Assembly (NCBI GenBank): GCA_002709835.1 | Contig: PAQX01000071.1 | Location: forward strand, 9,077 to 73,076 | Direction of reading: 5' to 3' | DNA: 64,000 nt | Source: Deltaproteobacteria bacterium | GTDB taxonomy: Bacteria > Myxococcota_A > UBA9160 > UBA4427 | In this document: in pieces, positions 20,021 through 28,915 of the stretch | Position numbering within the stretch: the first letter of the stretch is position 1 | Layout: each line of letters starts with the position of its first letter | Program-made: the position numbers and the translations under genes | The notes under the pieces: model-generated | What the model was told of the DNA's origin: nothing | The model's database searches: none | The model's input: the letters and a program-made list of their open reading frames with translations, nothing else

Positions 20021-21142
20021 CTAAGGCGCGACCGAGTCCCATGCCGCGAAGCCGTACGGGTGGTAGATCCCGTGGCAGGCGTTCTCGTGCATGCCGTAGC
20101 CGATCTCGCCGGTCGAGAGTTCCCAGCGGCAGAGCATCTCGTTCAGGCCCTGGACCCGCGCGAAGTCGTTCGGGTCGCTCATGTCGAAGGTGAGTCCTTC
20201 GACGGCGAGCTCGCCCTGGTAGCAGCCGAGGCCCCAGTGGTCGTCGCGGCGGTAGCCCGATCCGGCGAGGAGATAGTTCGTCCGGAGCGGTGTGCCGACC
20301 ATCTCGAGGTCCGTGTTCGCGAAGGTCAGCCGCGTCTGCGCGATCTCGCGGGTGCCCGACTTGAACGTAATGTCGTGCTTCGGGCTTCCGAGGTGGATCA
20401 ACGGTTCGTCGATCCCGTTTCGCGGAACCCGGACGGCCTCCTCCATGTGGCGATTCCCATCCTTGTCCTCGTCGAAGTAGACCTTGATCATGAAGTCGGG
20501 GAACTGGACGGGGATCCAGTTGTGGAAGTGCCCGAATTCGCCCTGGGGTCGGTACTTCGCTTCGATGAGGCCGGCGGGCTCGGTCTCTCCCGTGTTGGGC
20601 CGGACGCCCCAGGAATGATCGCGCGCGCCCATCCACGCATCGGGGGTGACGTCGAAGTGGCGGCCGTCGACGTGGATCTCGCCCGAGTAGTTGCCGACCT
20701 GCGCGAAGCGCATCGTGTGCTCGACGAGGCGGTTGCCGAGGCGCTGGATCTTGGCGGGCTCCTCGAGGGCCGGGACGAACCCTTCGAATACGAGATCGAA
20801 GTCGAGTCCCCATTCGTTCTTCGCGCAGGTCAGGCGCAGCCGTTCGAGGCCCTTCTCGACGGAGACGCAGAAGGGGCCGACCGTCGTGTCGAGGCGGTCG
20901 TGTCCGAGCTCGCGGCTGGCCCGCACGCAGTAGTGCTTGTCGGCGACGGAGACGACGACGAAGGCGTCGAGCACGCCCAGATTCGGGTACTGCCCCATCC
21001 CGGTGATCAGGAAGATCTCGTCCGAGCAGTTATGACAGTTGAAATAGTAGCGGTCGTAGAAGGTTCGATCGCCTGAGTAGACGTGATCGAATGTGTCGGG
21101 GGTCTGGTGGGCCAGGAAGTCGTCCATCGGTCCGAGGGGCAT
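20021..21142 (-). CDS. Conserved hypothetical protein with RDHSWG motif (AttH/CrtC-like fold possible)
   Basis: Start MPLGPMDDFLAHQTP with GGAG RBS; 'FYDRYYFN', 'G.YPNLGV.DAF', 'GARDHSWGVRP'. Confidence 0.75.
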   Translation of the reverse strand: MPLGPMDDFLAHQTPDTFDHVYSGDRTFYDRYYFNCHNCSDEIFLITGMGQYPNLGVLDAFVVVSVADKHYCVRASRELGHDRLDTTVGPFCVSVEKGLERLRLTCAKNEWGLDFDLVFEGFVPALEEPAKIQRLGNRLVEHTMRFAQVGNYSGEIHVDGRHFDVTPDAWMGARDHSWGVRPNTGETEPAGLIEAKYRPQGEFGHFHNWIPVQFPDFMIKVYFDEDKDGNRHMEEAVRVPRNGIDEPLIHLGSPKHDITFKSGTREIAQTRLTFANTDLEMVGTPLRTNYLLAGSGYRRDDHWGLGCYQGELAVEGLTFDMSDPNDFARVQGLNEMLCRWELSTGEIGYGMHENACHGIYHPYGFAAWDSVAP

Positions 21143-21286
21143 GAGATCTCCATCGCGTGTTCGTCCCGGAGAGGCGCTCCCGGGCACTGCAACGTTAACC
21201 CGCTGGACGCCGGTTGACGGCGTGAGCGCCGCTCGCCACGATCGGGAGGGGACTGCGTGCCGCGGCCCCCACCCGGAGGCACTCCC

Positions 21287-22504
21287 ATGAGCGCAACGAC
21301 CGAGGAAGTCGATCCCTTCGAGGCCTTCGATAAGGCCATGGGCATGGACGATTGCCGCGATCCCTACCCGGAGTTCGCGGCGCTCCGCGCGCGCGGAGGC
21401 GTCGTCGAGGCGCCGCCGATGGGCGACGCCGCCGCTGGGATGGCGGGGGAGGCGAAGACCTTCATCGCCGTTAGCTACGAAGCGGTCTCCGAGATCCTGC
21501 GCGACGGCAAGACGTTCTCGTCGGGGGCCTATCGCGAGTCGATGGGCGTCGTGATGGGGCCCAACATTCTCGTGATGGACGAGCCCGAACACGGTCGGTA
21601 CCGCCGTCTCATCCAGCAGGCCTTCGGCAAGAAGGCGCTCGCGGTCTGGGAAGAAGAGCTCGTCCATCCGGTAATCCATCGCCTGGTCGACGCCTTCGCC
21701 GACCGAGGGACCGCGGACCTAGTGCCGGAGCTGACCTTTCCGTTCCCGGTCTACGTGATCGCCGGCATGCTCGGGCTACCCGATGAAGACCTCCCCTGGT
21801 TCCACAGGAAGGCCGTCGACCTGATCAGCGTCGCGATCGATCCGATGCGCGGGATCCGGGGCTCCCAGCAGCTCGGCGAGTATCTCACGCCGATCATCGA
21901 GGAACGCCGCAAGAACCCCGGCAACGACCTGATCTCCGTCCTCGCGACCGGCGAACTCGACGGCCAGGCACTCGACAACGACCACGTCCTGGGCTTCCTC
22001 CGCCTCCTGCTTCCGGCGGGGGCCGAGACGACCGCTCGGTCATCGGCCAGCCTGATCTTCGGTCTGCTCTCCGACCGGGCGCAGTGGGAAGCGTTGGCGG
22101 ACGACCGCGGGCTTATGATCCAGGCGATCGAGGAAGGCCTCCGCTGGGAGGTCCCGCTGACCGGGATCGGGCGCCTCTGCGTGGAAGATACGGAAGTCGA
22201 GGGCACGAAGATCCCGGCGGGTTCGCATATCCAGGTCCTGATCGGGTCCGCGAATCGGGACGAGAAGCGCTGGGACGACGCTGACCGGTTCGACCTTCAT
22301 CGCCCCCCGCGCCAGCACATGTCTTTCGCCTTCGGACCGCATCGCTGTCTCGGCATGCACCTCGCGCGGATGGAGACCAAGGTCTGCCTCGACGCGCTGC
22401 TCGACCGGCTGCCGAATCTGCGGCTCGATCCCGCCGCCGAGGATGTCCACATCAGCGGCCGCGGCTTCCGCTCGCCGCGCAGCCTGCCCGTGCTCTTCGG
22501 TTAG
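21287..22504 (+). CDS. Cytochrome P450
   Basis: 'AGAETT', 'EEGLRWE', 'FAFGPHRCLG'; GGAGG RBS. Confidence 0.95.
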   Translation: MSATTEEVDPFEAFDKAMGMDDCRDPYPEFAALRARGGVVEAPPMGDAAAGMAGEAKTFIAVSYEAVSEILRDGKTFSSGAYRESMGVVMGPNILVMDEPEHGRYRRLIQQAFGKKALAVWEEELVHPVIHRLVDAFADRGTADLVPELTFPFPVYVIAGMLGLPDEDLPWFHRKAVDLISVAIDPMRGIRGSQQLGEYLTPIIEERRKNPGNDLISVLATGELDGQALDNDHVLGFLRLLLPAGAETTARSSASLIFGLLSDRAQWEALADDRGLMIQAIEEGLRWEVPLTGIGRLCVEDTEVEGTKIPAGSHIQVLIGSANRDEKRWDDADRFDLHRPPRQHMSFAFGPHRCLGMHLARMETKVCLDALLDRLPNLRLDPAAEDVHISGRGFRSPRSLPVLFG

Positions 22505-22518
22505 GCGAGGCCCGCTCG

Positions 22519-22953
22519 ATGATCCACGCGATCGACCACACCGCGATCTCCGTGCCCGACATGGAAGAGGCGATCGACTTCTACACGAAGGTCCTGGGCT
22601 TCGAGATCGAGAGCGAGTCGGGCTGGCCGAAGGGGGCCAAGCGCGTCGACCAGCTCGTCGGCCTGGAGGACTCGGCCTCGAAGGTGGTGATGCTGAAGCT
22701 CGGCGAGACCCGGATCGAGCTCTTCCAGTACGTGTCGCCGACGCCGAACGAGCGGGACCCCGATTTCCGGGTCTGCGACCACGGAATCACCCACTTCTGC
22801 CTCCGGGTGACCGGAATCAAGGACGAGTACGCCCGTCTCGCGACGGCAGGGGTCCAGTTCAACGGCCCCCCGGTCGATGTCGGGACCTCTATCTGCGTCT
22901 ACGGCCGCGATCCTTTTGGCAACGTCATCGAGCTGAAACAGCCGAAGGGCTAG
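22519..22953 (+). CDS. VOC family protein (methylmalonyl-CoA epimerase-like metal ligands)
   Basis: 'IDHTAISV.D...AI.FY..VLGF', 'IELFQY', 'GITHFC', 'RDPFGN.IEL'. Confidence 0.88.
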   Translation: MIHAIDHTAISVPDMEEAIDFYTKVLGFEIESESGWPKGAKRVDQLVGLEDSASKVVMLKLGETRIELFQYVSPTPNERDPDFRVCDHGITHFCLRVTGIKDEYARLATAGVQFNGPPVDVGTSICVYGRDPFGNVIELKQPKG

Positions 22954-23056
22954 CCGCGGGGACGGGCTGGGGGCGGGCCTCCCCGGGTCCGTTTTCGGGC
23001 GCTAAACTCAGCTTCTACTCAGGTGAACGATCGTTCACCTCAGAGGAGTCTCCGCC

Positions 23057-24337
23057 ATGGCGTCCGCCCCCGTCCCCACCCTCGACATCGACCCCGCCGA
23101 CCTGATCACGACCGACAACTACGGCGTCCAGGGACAGCCGCACTCCGTCTGGAACCAGCTCCGGGAGCACTCTCCGGTCCACTACGTCGAGACGGATTCG
23201 CATCCGCCCTTCTATGCGATCACGCGGCACGCGGACATCATGAACATCTCGAACAAGCCGCACATCTTCAGCAACAGCGAAGGGCCGTTCCTGATGGACA
23301 AGATGCAGGCGGCGGCGCGCATGATGGACGAGGAGAACCGTCCGCCGATGCGGACCATCATCGAGATGGACCCGCCGGAGCATCGTGACTATCGCAAGGT
23401 CGCCAGCGGCTTCTTTACCCCGCGCTCGATCCACCGCCTCGACGAGATCGTCGCGGATTGCGCGCGCGCTCAGATCGATAAGCTCGGCGAAGAGGGCGAG
23501 TGCGACTTCGTCGAAGAGATCTCCCAGCGCCACCCGCTTCGGGTGCTCGCGACGATCCTGGGCATCGGTCCGGAGGACGAGGATCTCCTCCTGGAGCTGA
23601 CCCAGCAGCTCTTCGCGGCGGACGATCCCGATCTCCAGCGCGAAGCAGCGAACCGCCAGGAGGCGAGCCAGGCGCTCTTCGCCGACTTCGGCGCGCTCTT
23701 CACCCGGATCATCGCCGACCGCCGCGAGAACCCGTCCGACGATCTCGCGAGCATGCTCGCGAACGCGAAGATGGCGAACGGCGAGCACCTGCCGCCGCTC
23801 GAGCTCATGGGGTACTACCTGATCGTCTTCACCGCAGGGCACGACACCACGCGCAACGCGATCTCGGGTGGTCTCCAGCAGCTTCTCGAGAACCCGGGCC
23901 AGATGCAGAAGCTCTGTGCGGACCCGACAGAGGCCCTCGCGAAGTCCACGGTGGAGGAGGTCGTTCGATGGACCTCGCCGGTCAACTACATGAAGAGGCG
24001 CCTGCTCGAAGACGTCGAGATGCATGGCGTCCAGATGAAGGCCGGTGAGGACCTCATCATGTATTACGCCTCCGCGAACCGGGACGACGAGGTCTTCGAT
24101 CGCCCCTTCGAGTTCGACATCGAGCGCCACCCGAATCGACACCTCGGCTTCGGAACCGGCGAGCACTTCTGCCTCGGTGCTCACGTCGCGCGCCTCTCGA
24201 GCCGCGCGCTCTTCCTCGAAATCGCGAATCGCGCGGTCGAGCTGGAGCCGGCGGGGGATGCGACGCACATCTCGGCGAGCTTCGTCGCCGGGCTCAAGAC
24301 CCTGCCGGTCCGGTACAAGTTCCGGCCGGCGGCCTGA
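23057..24337 (+). CDS. Cytochrome P450 (CYP108/CYP124/CYP125-like)
   Basis: 'MDPPEH..YR', 'AGHDTTRN', 'EEVVRW.SPV', 'FGTGEHFCLG'. Confidence 0.95.
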   Translation: MASAPVPTLDIDPADLITTDNYGVQGQPHSVWNQLREHSPVHYVETDSHPPFYAITRHADIMNISNKPHIFSNSEGPFLMDKMQAAARMMDEENRPPMRTIIEMDPPEHRDYRKVASGFFTPRSIHRLDEIVADCARAQIDKLGEEGECDFVEEISQRHPLRVLATILGIGPEDEDLLLELTQQLFAADDPDLQREAANRQEASQALFADFGALFTRIIADRRENPSDDLASMLANAKMANGEHLPPLELMGYYLIVFTAGHDTTRNAISGGLQQLLENPGQMQKLCADPTEALAKSTVEEVVRWTSPVNYMKRRLLEDVEMHGVQMKAGEDLIMYYASANRDDEVFDRPFEFDIERHPNRHLGFGTGEHFCLGAHVARLSSRALFLEIANRAVELEPAGDATHISASFVAGLKTLPVRYKFRPAA

Positions 24338-24340
24338 GCC

Positions 24341-25213
24341 GTGGGTTCTCAGGACGTCTCGCTCGACGGCCGCGTCGCGCTCGTCACGGGCGCGAGTCGG
24401 GGGATCGGGCGGGCGATCGCGCGGCGCCTCGCGAAGGCGGGCGCGCGCGTGGGCGTGACGGCGCGGAGCCTCGACACCGCCGGTGAATATGCGGGGACTC
24501 TCGCGGAGACCGTGGAGCAGATCGAAACCGCGGGTGGTCAGGCCTTCGCGCTCCAAGCGGACCTCGAGGATCCCGGCGAGCGTGACTCTCTGGTCGAGCG
24601 GACGCTCGCGGAAGCCGGTCGCCTCGATATCCTGGTCAACGCTGCGGGTTTCGCCCAGTACGCGCCGATCGCGGAGATGTCCGACGCGATTCTGGAGGCG
24701 ACCTTCGATCACTACCTGCGTGCGCCCCTCAAGCTCGCCCAGGCGGCGATCCCGCATATGCGTGAGCGCGGGGACGGTTGGATCGTGAACGTCGGCTCGG
24801 TGACCGGAGAACGGCCCTTCAAGCCCTACGACGACTTCGCCCGCTTCGGTGGTGCCACGCTCTACGCCGCGGTGAAGGCGGCGCTCTCGCGCTTCACCCA
24901 GGGCCTCGCGGCGGAGCTCGAGAACGACGGGATCGCGGTGAGCCAGGTCGCGCCGACCGGCGCGATCTCGACTCCTGGCGCCGACCGCTACATCCCGGAC
25001 GGCTACCCGACGGAGAGCGTCTGGTACCTGGCCGAAGCCGCCTTCGCGCTCTGTCACCGGCCGGCGACGGAGCGGACCGGGCTGATCACGTACAGCCTTC
25101 AGTATCCGCTCGAAATGGGTCTCGACACGGTGGACCTCGATTCCGGCGAGTCGCTTCCGCCGCCCGAGCTCCCCGAGTTCGCCCACCCCGACATCCGTCC
25201 CGCCGGCGAATGA
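24341..25213 (+). CDS. Short-chain dehydrogenase/reductase
   Basis: 'TGASRGIG', 'LVNAAG', 'YAAVK'. Confidence 0.92.
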   Translation: MGSQDVSLDGRVALVTGASRGIGRAIARRLAKAGARVGVTARSLDTAGEYAGTLAETVEQIETAGGQAFALQADLEDPGERDSLVERTLAEAGRLDILVNAAGFAQYAPIAEMSDAILEATFDHYLRAPLKLAQAAIPHMRERGDGWIVNVGSVTGERPFKPYDDFARFGGATLYAAVKAALSRFTQGLAAELENDGIAVSQVAPTGAISTPGADRYIPDGYPTESVWYLAEAAFALCHRPATERTGLITYSLQYPLEMGLDTVDLDSGESLPPPELPEFAHPDIRPAGE

Positions 25214-25239
25214 CGCCGACGGTCGCCAGGAGAGACCCG

Positions 25240-25638
25240 ATGCCGACGCCTTATTCCTTCACGAAGCTCGTCGTTCACGACCTGAAGGGCATGTCCGCCT
25301 ACTACCAGCAGGCCTACGGCCTGAAGGAGTTCGATCGGGTCCAGGCCGAGATCGAAGGCGAGGCCATCGACGAGGTCTTCCTCGGGGTCGAGTCCGGGCA
25401 CGGCCCGGGCGCGATCACGCTTCTCCAGTACCCGGATCGCCCCGCGCCCACCCCGGGCGCGATCATCCTCGGTTTCGTGACGGAGGACCTCGATGCCCTC
25501 GTCGCGGCGGTGGAAGCGTCGGGCGGGCGGGTCACCGACGGCCCGCGCACCTCCGAGGCGGCTCCGGTTCGCGTCGCGTTCACGACGGATCCCGAAGGCA
25601 ACCTCGCGGAGAACGTGCAGGTCGTCGCGGGCGGCTAG
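25240..25638 (+). CDS. VOC/glyoxalase family protein
   Basis: AGGAG RBS then MPTPYSFTKLVVHDL..., 'LGFVT.DLDA', 'DPEGN..E'. Confidence 0.82.
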   Translation: MPTPYSFTKLVVHDLKGMSAYYQQAYGLKEFDRVQAEIEGEAIDEVFLGVESGHGPGAITLLQYPDRPAPTPGAIILGFVTEDLDALVAAVEASGGRVTDGPRTSEAAPVRVAFTTDPEGNLAENVQVVAGG

Positions 25639-26891
25639 GCGCTCTTCGCCTCGAGGTCCCGGAGATAGGTCCGCGCGCCGAGCACGTAGTGGATCGCCGC
25701 CCAGGCGACGAACACGATCAGCGCGACGAGGGCGTGACGGATTTCGGTGCCCCCGCCGAAGTAGTCCGAGAGTCGCCCCACGAGGATCGGACCGAGGCCG
25801 AAGCCGACCAGGTTCATCGCGAAGAGTGCGATCGCCGACATGACCGCCCGCATCCGCGGCCGCACTAGGCTCTGCATGATCGCGTGCGTGAGGGCCGAGT
25901 ACGTGTGATTGAGCAGCGTCGCAACCGCGATCATCGCGATGGCGAGGGTCGTGCGTCCGGTGGTGTAGGCGACGTAGGAAAAGGGGAGCGAGAGAACACA
26001 GCCGATCGCAGGAATCCACCACGTCCAGCGGCGGTCGCGTCGCTCGAGCCGTTCGCTGAGCCAGCCGGCGCCGAAGACCGACACTCCGCCCGTCAGCCCG
26101 GCGACGAGACCGAGTTGCAGGCCGGTCTCGGTCGCGGTGAGTCCATGCACGCGTTGGAGGAACGACGCGTGGAATGCGCCGGCGCCCGCGAGGAAGAGCG
26201 TCTGGAGTGATGAACCAATCAGGACGTGGCGCATCGACGGCAGTCGCGCGATGTAGCCGAGGGTGCTCGCCACCGACTCGAGCTCGCTCGATGTCCCCGC
26301 GTCGAATCGACCGCGCTCGGGCTCTCTCAGCGTGAGCCTGGCGATGACGGCGAGTACGACCCCGGGTGCACCGACCACGAAGAACGCGGTCCGCCATCCG
26401 ATCTCGTCGGCAAGGAAGCCGCCGGCCGAGAAGCCGAAGAGGATTCCTAAGGGCACGCCGAGTTGATAGATCGAGAAGGCGAGGGCGCGACGCTCGGGTG
26501 GGTACGTGTCGGACACGATCGAATGCGCCGGCGGCGTGCACCCGGCCTCTCCGACCCCTACGCCGATCCGCGCGAGCAGGAGCGTGACGAAGTTGACCGC
26601 CATCCCGGACGCGACGGTCATCGCACTCCAGATCAGGAGCGCGATGCTGATCAGGTTGCTCCGATTTCCACTGTCCGCGATTCGCGCAATCGGGATCCCC
26701 GCGAAGGCGTAGAAGATCGCAAAGCCGCCGCCCATCAGGAAGCCGAGCTGGCCATCGGTGAGCTCGAGGTCCGCTTTCACCGACTCGGCCAGGATGTACA
26801 TCACCTGACGGTCGATGTGGTTCACGACGTAGATGACGAGCAGGAGGCCGAGGGTGTAGGCGGCACCCTTTGCGGGCGGCGGGGACTGCAT
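25635..26891 (-). CDS. MFS transporter (spinster-like)
   Basis: 'NHIDRQ', 'ARIGVGVGEAGC.PPA.S..SD.YP'; about 12 hydrophobic segments. Confidence 0.92.
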   Translation of the reverse strand: MQSPPPAKGAAYTLGLLLVIYVVNHIDRQVMYILAESVKADLELTDGQLGFLMGGGFAIFYAFAGIPIARIADSGNRSNLISIALLIWSAMTVASGMAVNFVTLLLARIGVGVGEAGCTPPAHSIVSDTYPPERRALAFSIYQLGVPLGILFGFSAGGFLADEIGWRTAFFVVGAPGVVLAVIARLTLREPERGRFDAGTSSELESVASTLGYIARLPSMRHVLIGSSLQTLFLAGAGAFHASFLQRVHGLTATETGLQLGLVAGLTGGVSVFGAGWLSERLERRDRRWTWWIPAIGCVLSLPFSYVAYTTGRTTLAIAMIAVATLLNHTYSALTHAIMQSLVRPRMRAVMSAIALFAMNLVGFGLGPILVGRLSDYFGGGTEIRHALVALIVFVAWAAIHYVLGARTYLRDLEAKSA

Positions 26892-26919
26892 GGCGGTCCA
26901 CGTTACCCCAGCGAGCCGT

Positions 26920-26991
26920 GCGGGCTACCGCGCTCGCCCGGTGGGAACTGGCTTCGCGGGCTACCGCGCTCCTCCGGTCGGAACTAGCTTC
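26920..26991. repeat. Tandem 36-bp direct repeat (2 copies plus a degenerate third)
   Basis: gcgggctaccgcgctcgcccggtgggaactggcttc / gcgggctaccgcgctcctccggtcggaactagcttc, 32/36 identical, no spacer. Confidence 0.9.
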
Positions 26992-26996
26992 ACGGG

Positions 26997-27812
26997 ATGC
27001 CGCGTTACGGACTCGCGACGCTCAACCACTCGACGATGCACGGACTGCCGACCCAATGGGAGGCCCATCTCGACGCCGCTGCGAGCGCGGGCTTCGAGGC
27101 GATTGCTCCGGACGTGTTCTGGCTGCGGAAGCTCGAAGAAGAGGGCGTCGCCCTCGCCACGCTTCGCGCCGGGCTCGAATCCCGGGAGCTCGCCTGTATG
27201 GAGATTGCGGGGATCGCGATTGGCGCCGCGGCAGCGACGCAGGCCGAGCTCGACGAGCAGGTGCGCTGGTCGGAGGGGCTCGGCGCGGAGTTCGTGAACG
27301 CGCGGGTCGTAGAGCCGGTCGACCCCGCGCTCACCGATCGAGCGCGCGCCGTCGCACAGGCCCTGGCCGCGGTCGGAACCCGGCTGGCTCTCGAGTTCAG
27401 CCGCGGAACGAAGCTGAACTCGGTCTCGGGCGCGCGCGCGTTTTCGGAGGCGATCGATGTCCCGGGCGTCGGCGTGACCCTGGACACCTGGCACTTCTTT
27501 CTGCGCCCGGAAGGCATCGAGTGGGACGCCCTCGAAGCGCTGCCCGCGGATCATTTCGCGAACGTGCAGCTCTCGGACGGTGTTCCTTATGCCGAGGGGG
27601 AGTTCGGGCCGGCGACGATGGACCAGCGATTGCTCCCGGGGGAAGGCGAGTTCGAGCTCGAACGCGCCTCTGCACTCGTCCGCGATCGTGGCCTCGACTT
27701 GCCCGTAGTCGTCGAAGTGTTGAACGCCGAATGGCGCGGACGAGAGCCCGAGGCCTTCGCGCAGGCCTGCGCGAAGGCGTCACGCCGTGCCTGGGGCGCG
27801 TCCGGGCGTTAG
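26997..27812 (+). CDS. Sugar-phosphate isomerase/epimerase (AP endonuclease 2-type TIM barrel)
   Basis: 'AA.AGF..I', 'LALEF', 'LDTWHF', 'VQLSD', 'R.LPGEG', 'VEV'. Confidence 0.85.
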   Translation: MPRYGLATLNHSTMHGLPTQWEAHLDAAASAGFEAIAPDVFWLRKLEEEGVALATLRAGLESRELACMEIAGIAIGAAAATQAELDEQVRWSEGLGAEFVNARVVEPVDPALTDRARAVAQALAAVGTRLALEFSRGTKLNSVSGARAFSEAIDVPGVGVTLDTWHFFLRPEGIEWDALEALPADHFANVQLSDGVPYAEGEFGPATMDQRLLPGEGEFELERASALVRDRGLDLPVVVEVLNAEWRGREPEAFAQACAKASRRAWGASGR

Positions 27813-28915
27813 TCGGTCCCGCCCGGCTCCGCGACGACGGCCTTCGTGACGGCCCGGGTCGGGCCGAAGTTGTGCAGCCCCATCGCGTGGAGATTGCCGA
27901 GCCCCCCGCAGACCATCACCAGGATCTCCTCGGGGCGTTCCACGAGGTGAGCGATCCCACCGGCGTCGACGCGGCCGCGTTCTTCGAGCCAGTCTCGGTG
28001 GGGGGCGGGGAAGAAGTCGATCGGGTGGGCTGCGGCTCGCCAGATCGCTTCCTGGGTGTCTTCGATCGAAGGGAAGTCGGCGGCGATCAGATCCGCCCAG
28101 GGTGGTGGGAGGCAGACCATCGTCTCTGCGCCCCAGTGGCTGATGTAGGCGTTGGTCCCGGGGTAGGCGAGGCTTTTGCCAACGATTTCGACGAGGCGGC
28201 GGCCGGTGTCGGCGGCGACGTCGGCGATGTCCATGGTGCCGATGCAGCCGTAGACCGTGACGGCGTCGCCGGGGACGCCGCGGCGTTTGGCGAGGGGGGG
28301 CCAGGGCGAGCGCTCTTCCCACTCGGCGACGACGATGCCGGTCACGCGTCCGGGTTGGCCGAAGACGCTCTTCGAGTTCTCCCCGATCCGCTGTCCGCCG
28401 ACGTTCCGCATGACGAGCCGGAGCGCGCGTCCGATCGCGGGGGCCGTTCCCGGGACGCCCCCGAAGCAGCCGGCCTCCATCGGGAGGTCGAGGGTGTGGC
28501 GGATCGGTCCGTTCACGAACACGCCGGGCACGACCGAGCTCGTCGTCGTGTTGAGGGAAAAGAGGTCGAGGGCGGGGTCGACGCACGCGTCGAGGGCGGC
28601 GCAGAGCAGCGGCATCGCCTCGGCCGGGGCGCCCGCCATCACGGCGTTGATCGCGAGTTTCTCGACGGTGCATCGCCCGTCGCGGGGCGGCAGGGTCCCG
28701 AGCAAGTCGTCGGGGAAGCGGCCGGACGCGGCGACGAAGGCGCGCACACGCTCCTCCGTCGGTGGAATCAGAGGCAGTCCGTCGCCCCAGCCGGCGTCGG
28801 TCGCGAGCTTCGCGAAAGTCGCAGGGTCGTCCTCGACTTCGAGGCGCTGGCTCGAGAGCCAGCTGACCTCACAGCCCGAGGGTCCGCAGGAGCGGTCGAT
28901 AGTGCTGTCTCGCAA
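27809..28915 (-). CDS. Conserved partner of UGSC proteins ('GWxDGLPxxPPT' family), function unknown
   Basis: 'GWGDGLPLIPPTEERV', 'TVEKLAINAVMAG', 'VNGPIR', 'IGRALRL...N.GG', 'EWEERSPW'. Candidate TTG start at 28915 lies 8 nt after AAGGAGGT; start uncertain. Confidence 0.8.
   Translation of the reverse strand: MRDSTIDRSCGPSGCEVSWLSSQRLEVEDDPATFAKLATDAGWGDGLPLIPPTEERVRAFVAASGRFPDDLLGTLPPRDGRCTVEKLAINAVMAGAPAEAMPLLCAALDACVDPALDLFSLNTTTSSVVPGVFVNGPIRHTLDLPMEAGCFGGVPGTAPAIGRALRLVMRNVGGQRIGENSKSVFGQPGRVTGIVVAEWEERSPWPPLAKRRGVPGDAVTVYGCIGTMDIADVAADTGRRLVEIVGKSLAYPGTNAYISHWGAETMVCLPPPWADLIAADFPSIEDTQEAIWRAAAHPIDFFPAPHRDWLEERGRVDAGGIAHLVERPEEILVMVCGGLGNLHAMGLHNFGPTRAVTKAVVAEPGGTD

Noticed and set aside
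18019-20193. Long alternative-frame ORFs (e.g. 18019+, 23015-, 26870+, 30246-, 32694-, 58594-)
   Set aside because: These are Arg/Pro/Ala-rich shadows of recognisable genes, as expected in high-GC DNA with few stop codons.
22962-22995. Possible terminator after the VOC gene
   Set aside because: The stem is interrupted by mismatches and the T tract is short; too weak to call.
26920-26991. 36-bp repeats as a CRISPR array
   Set aside because: The copies are directly adjacent with no spacers, there are only two, and no cas genes are present.
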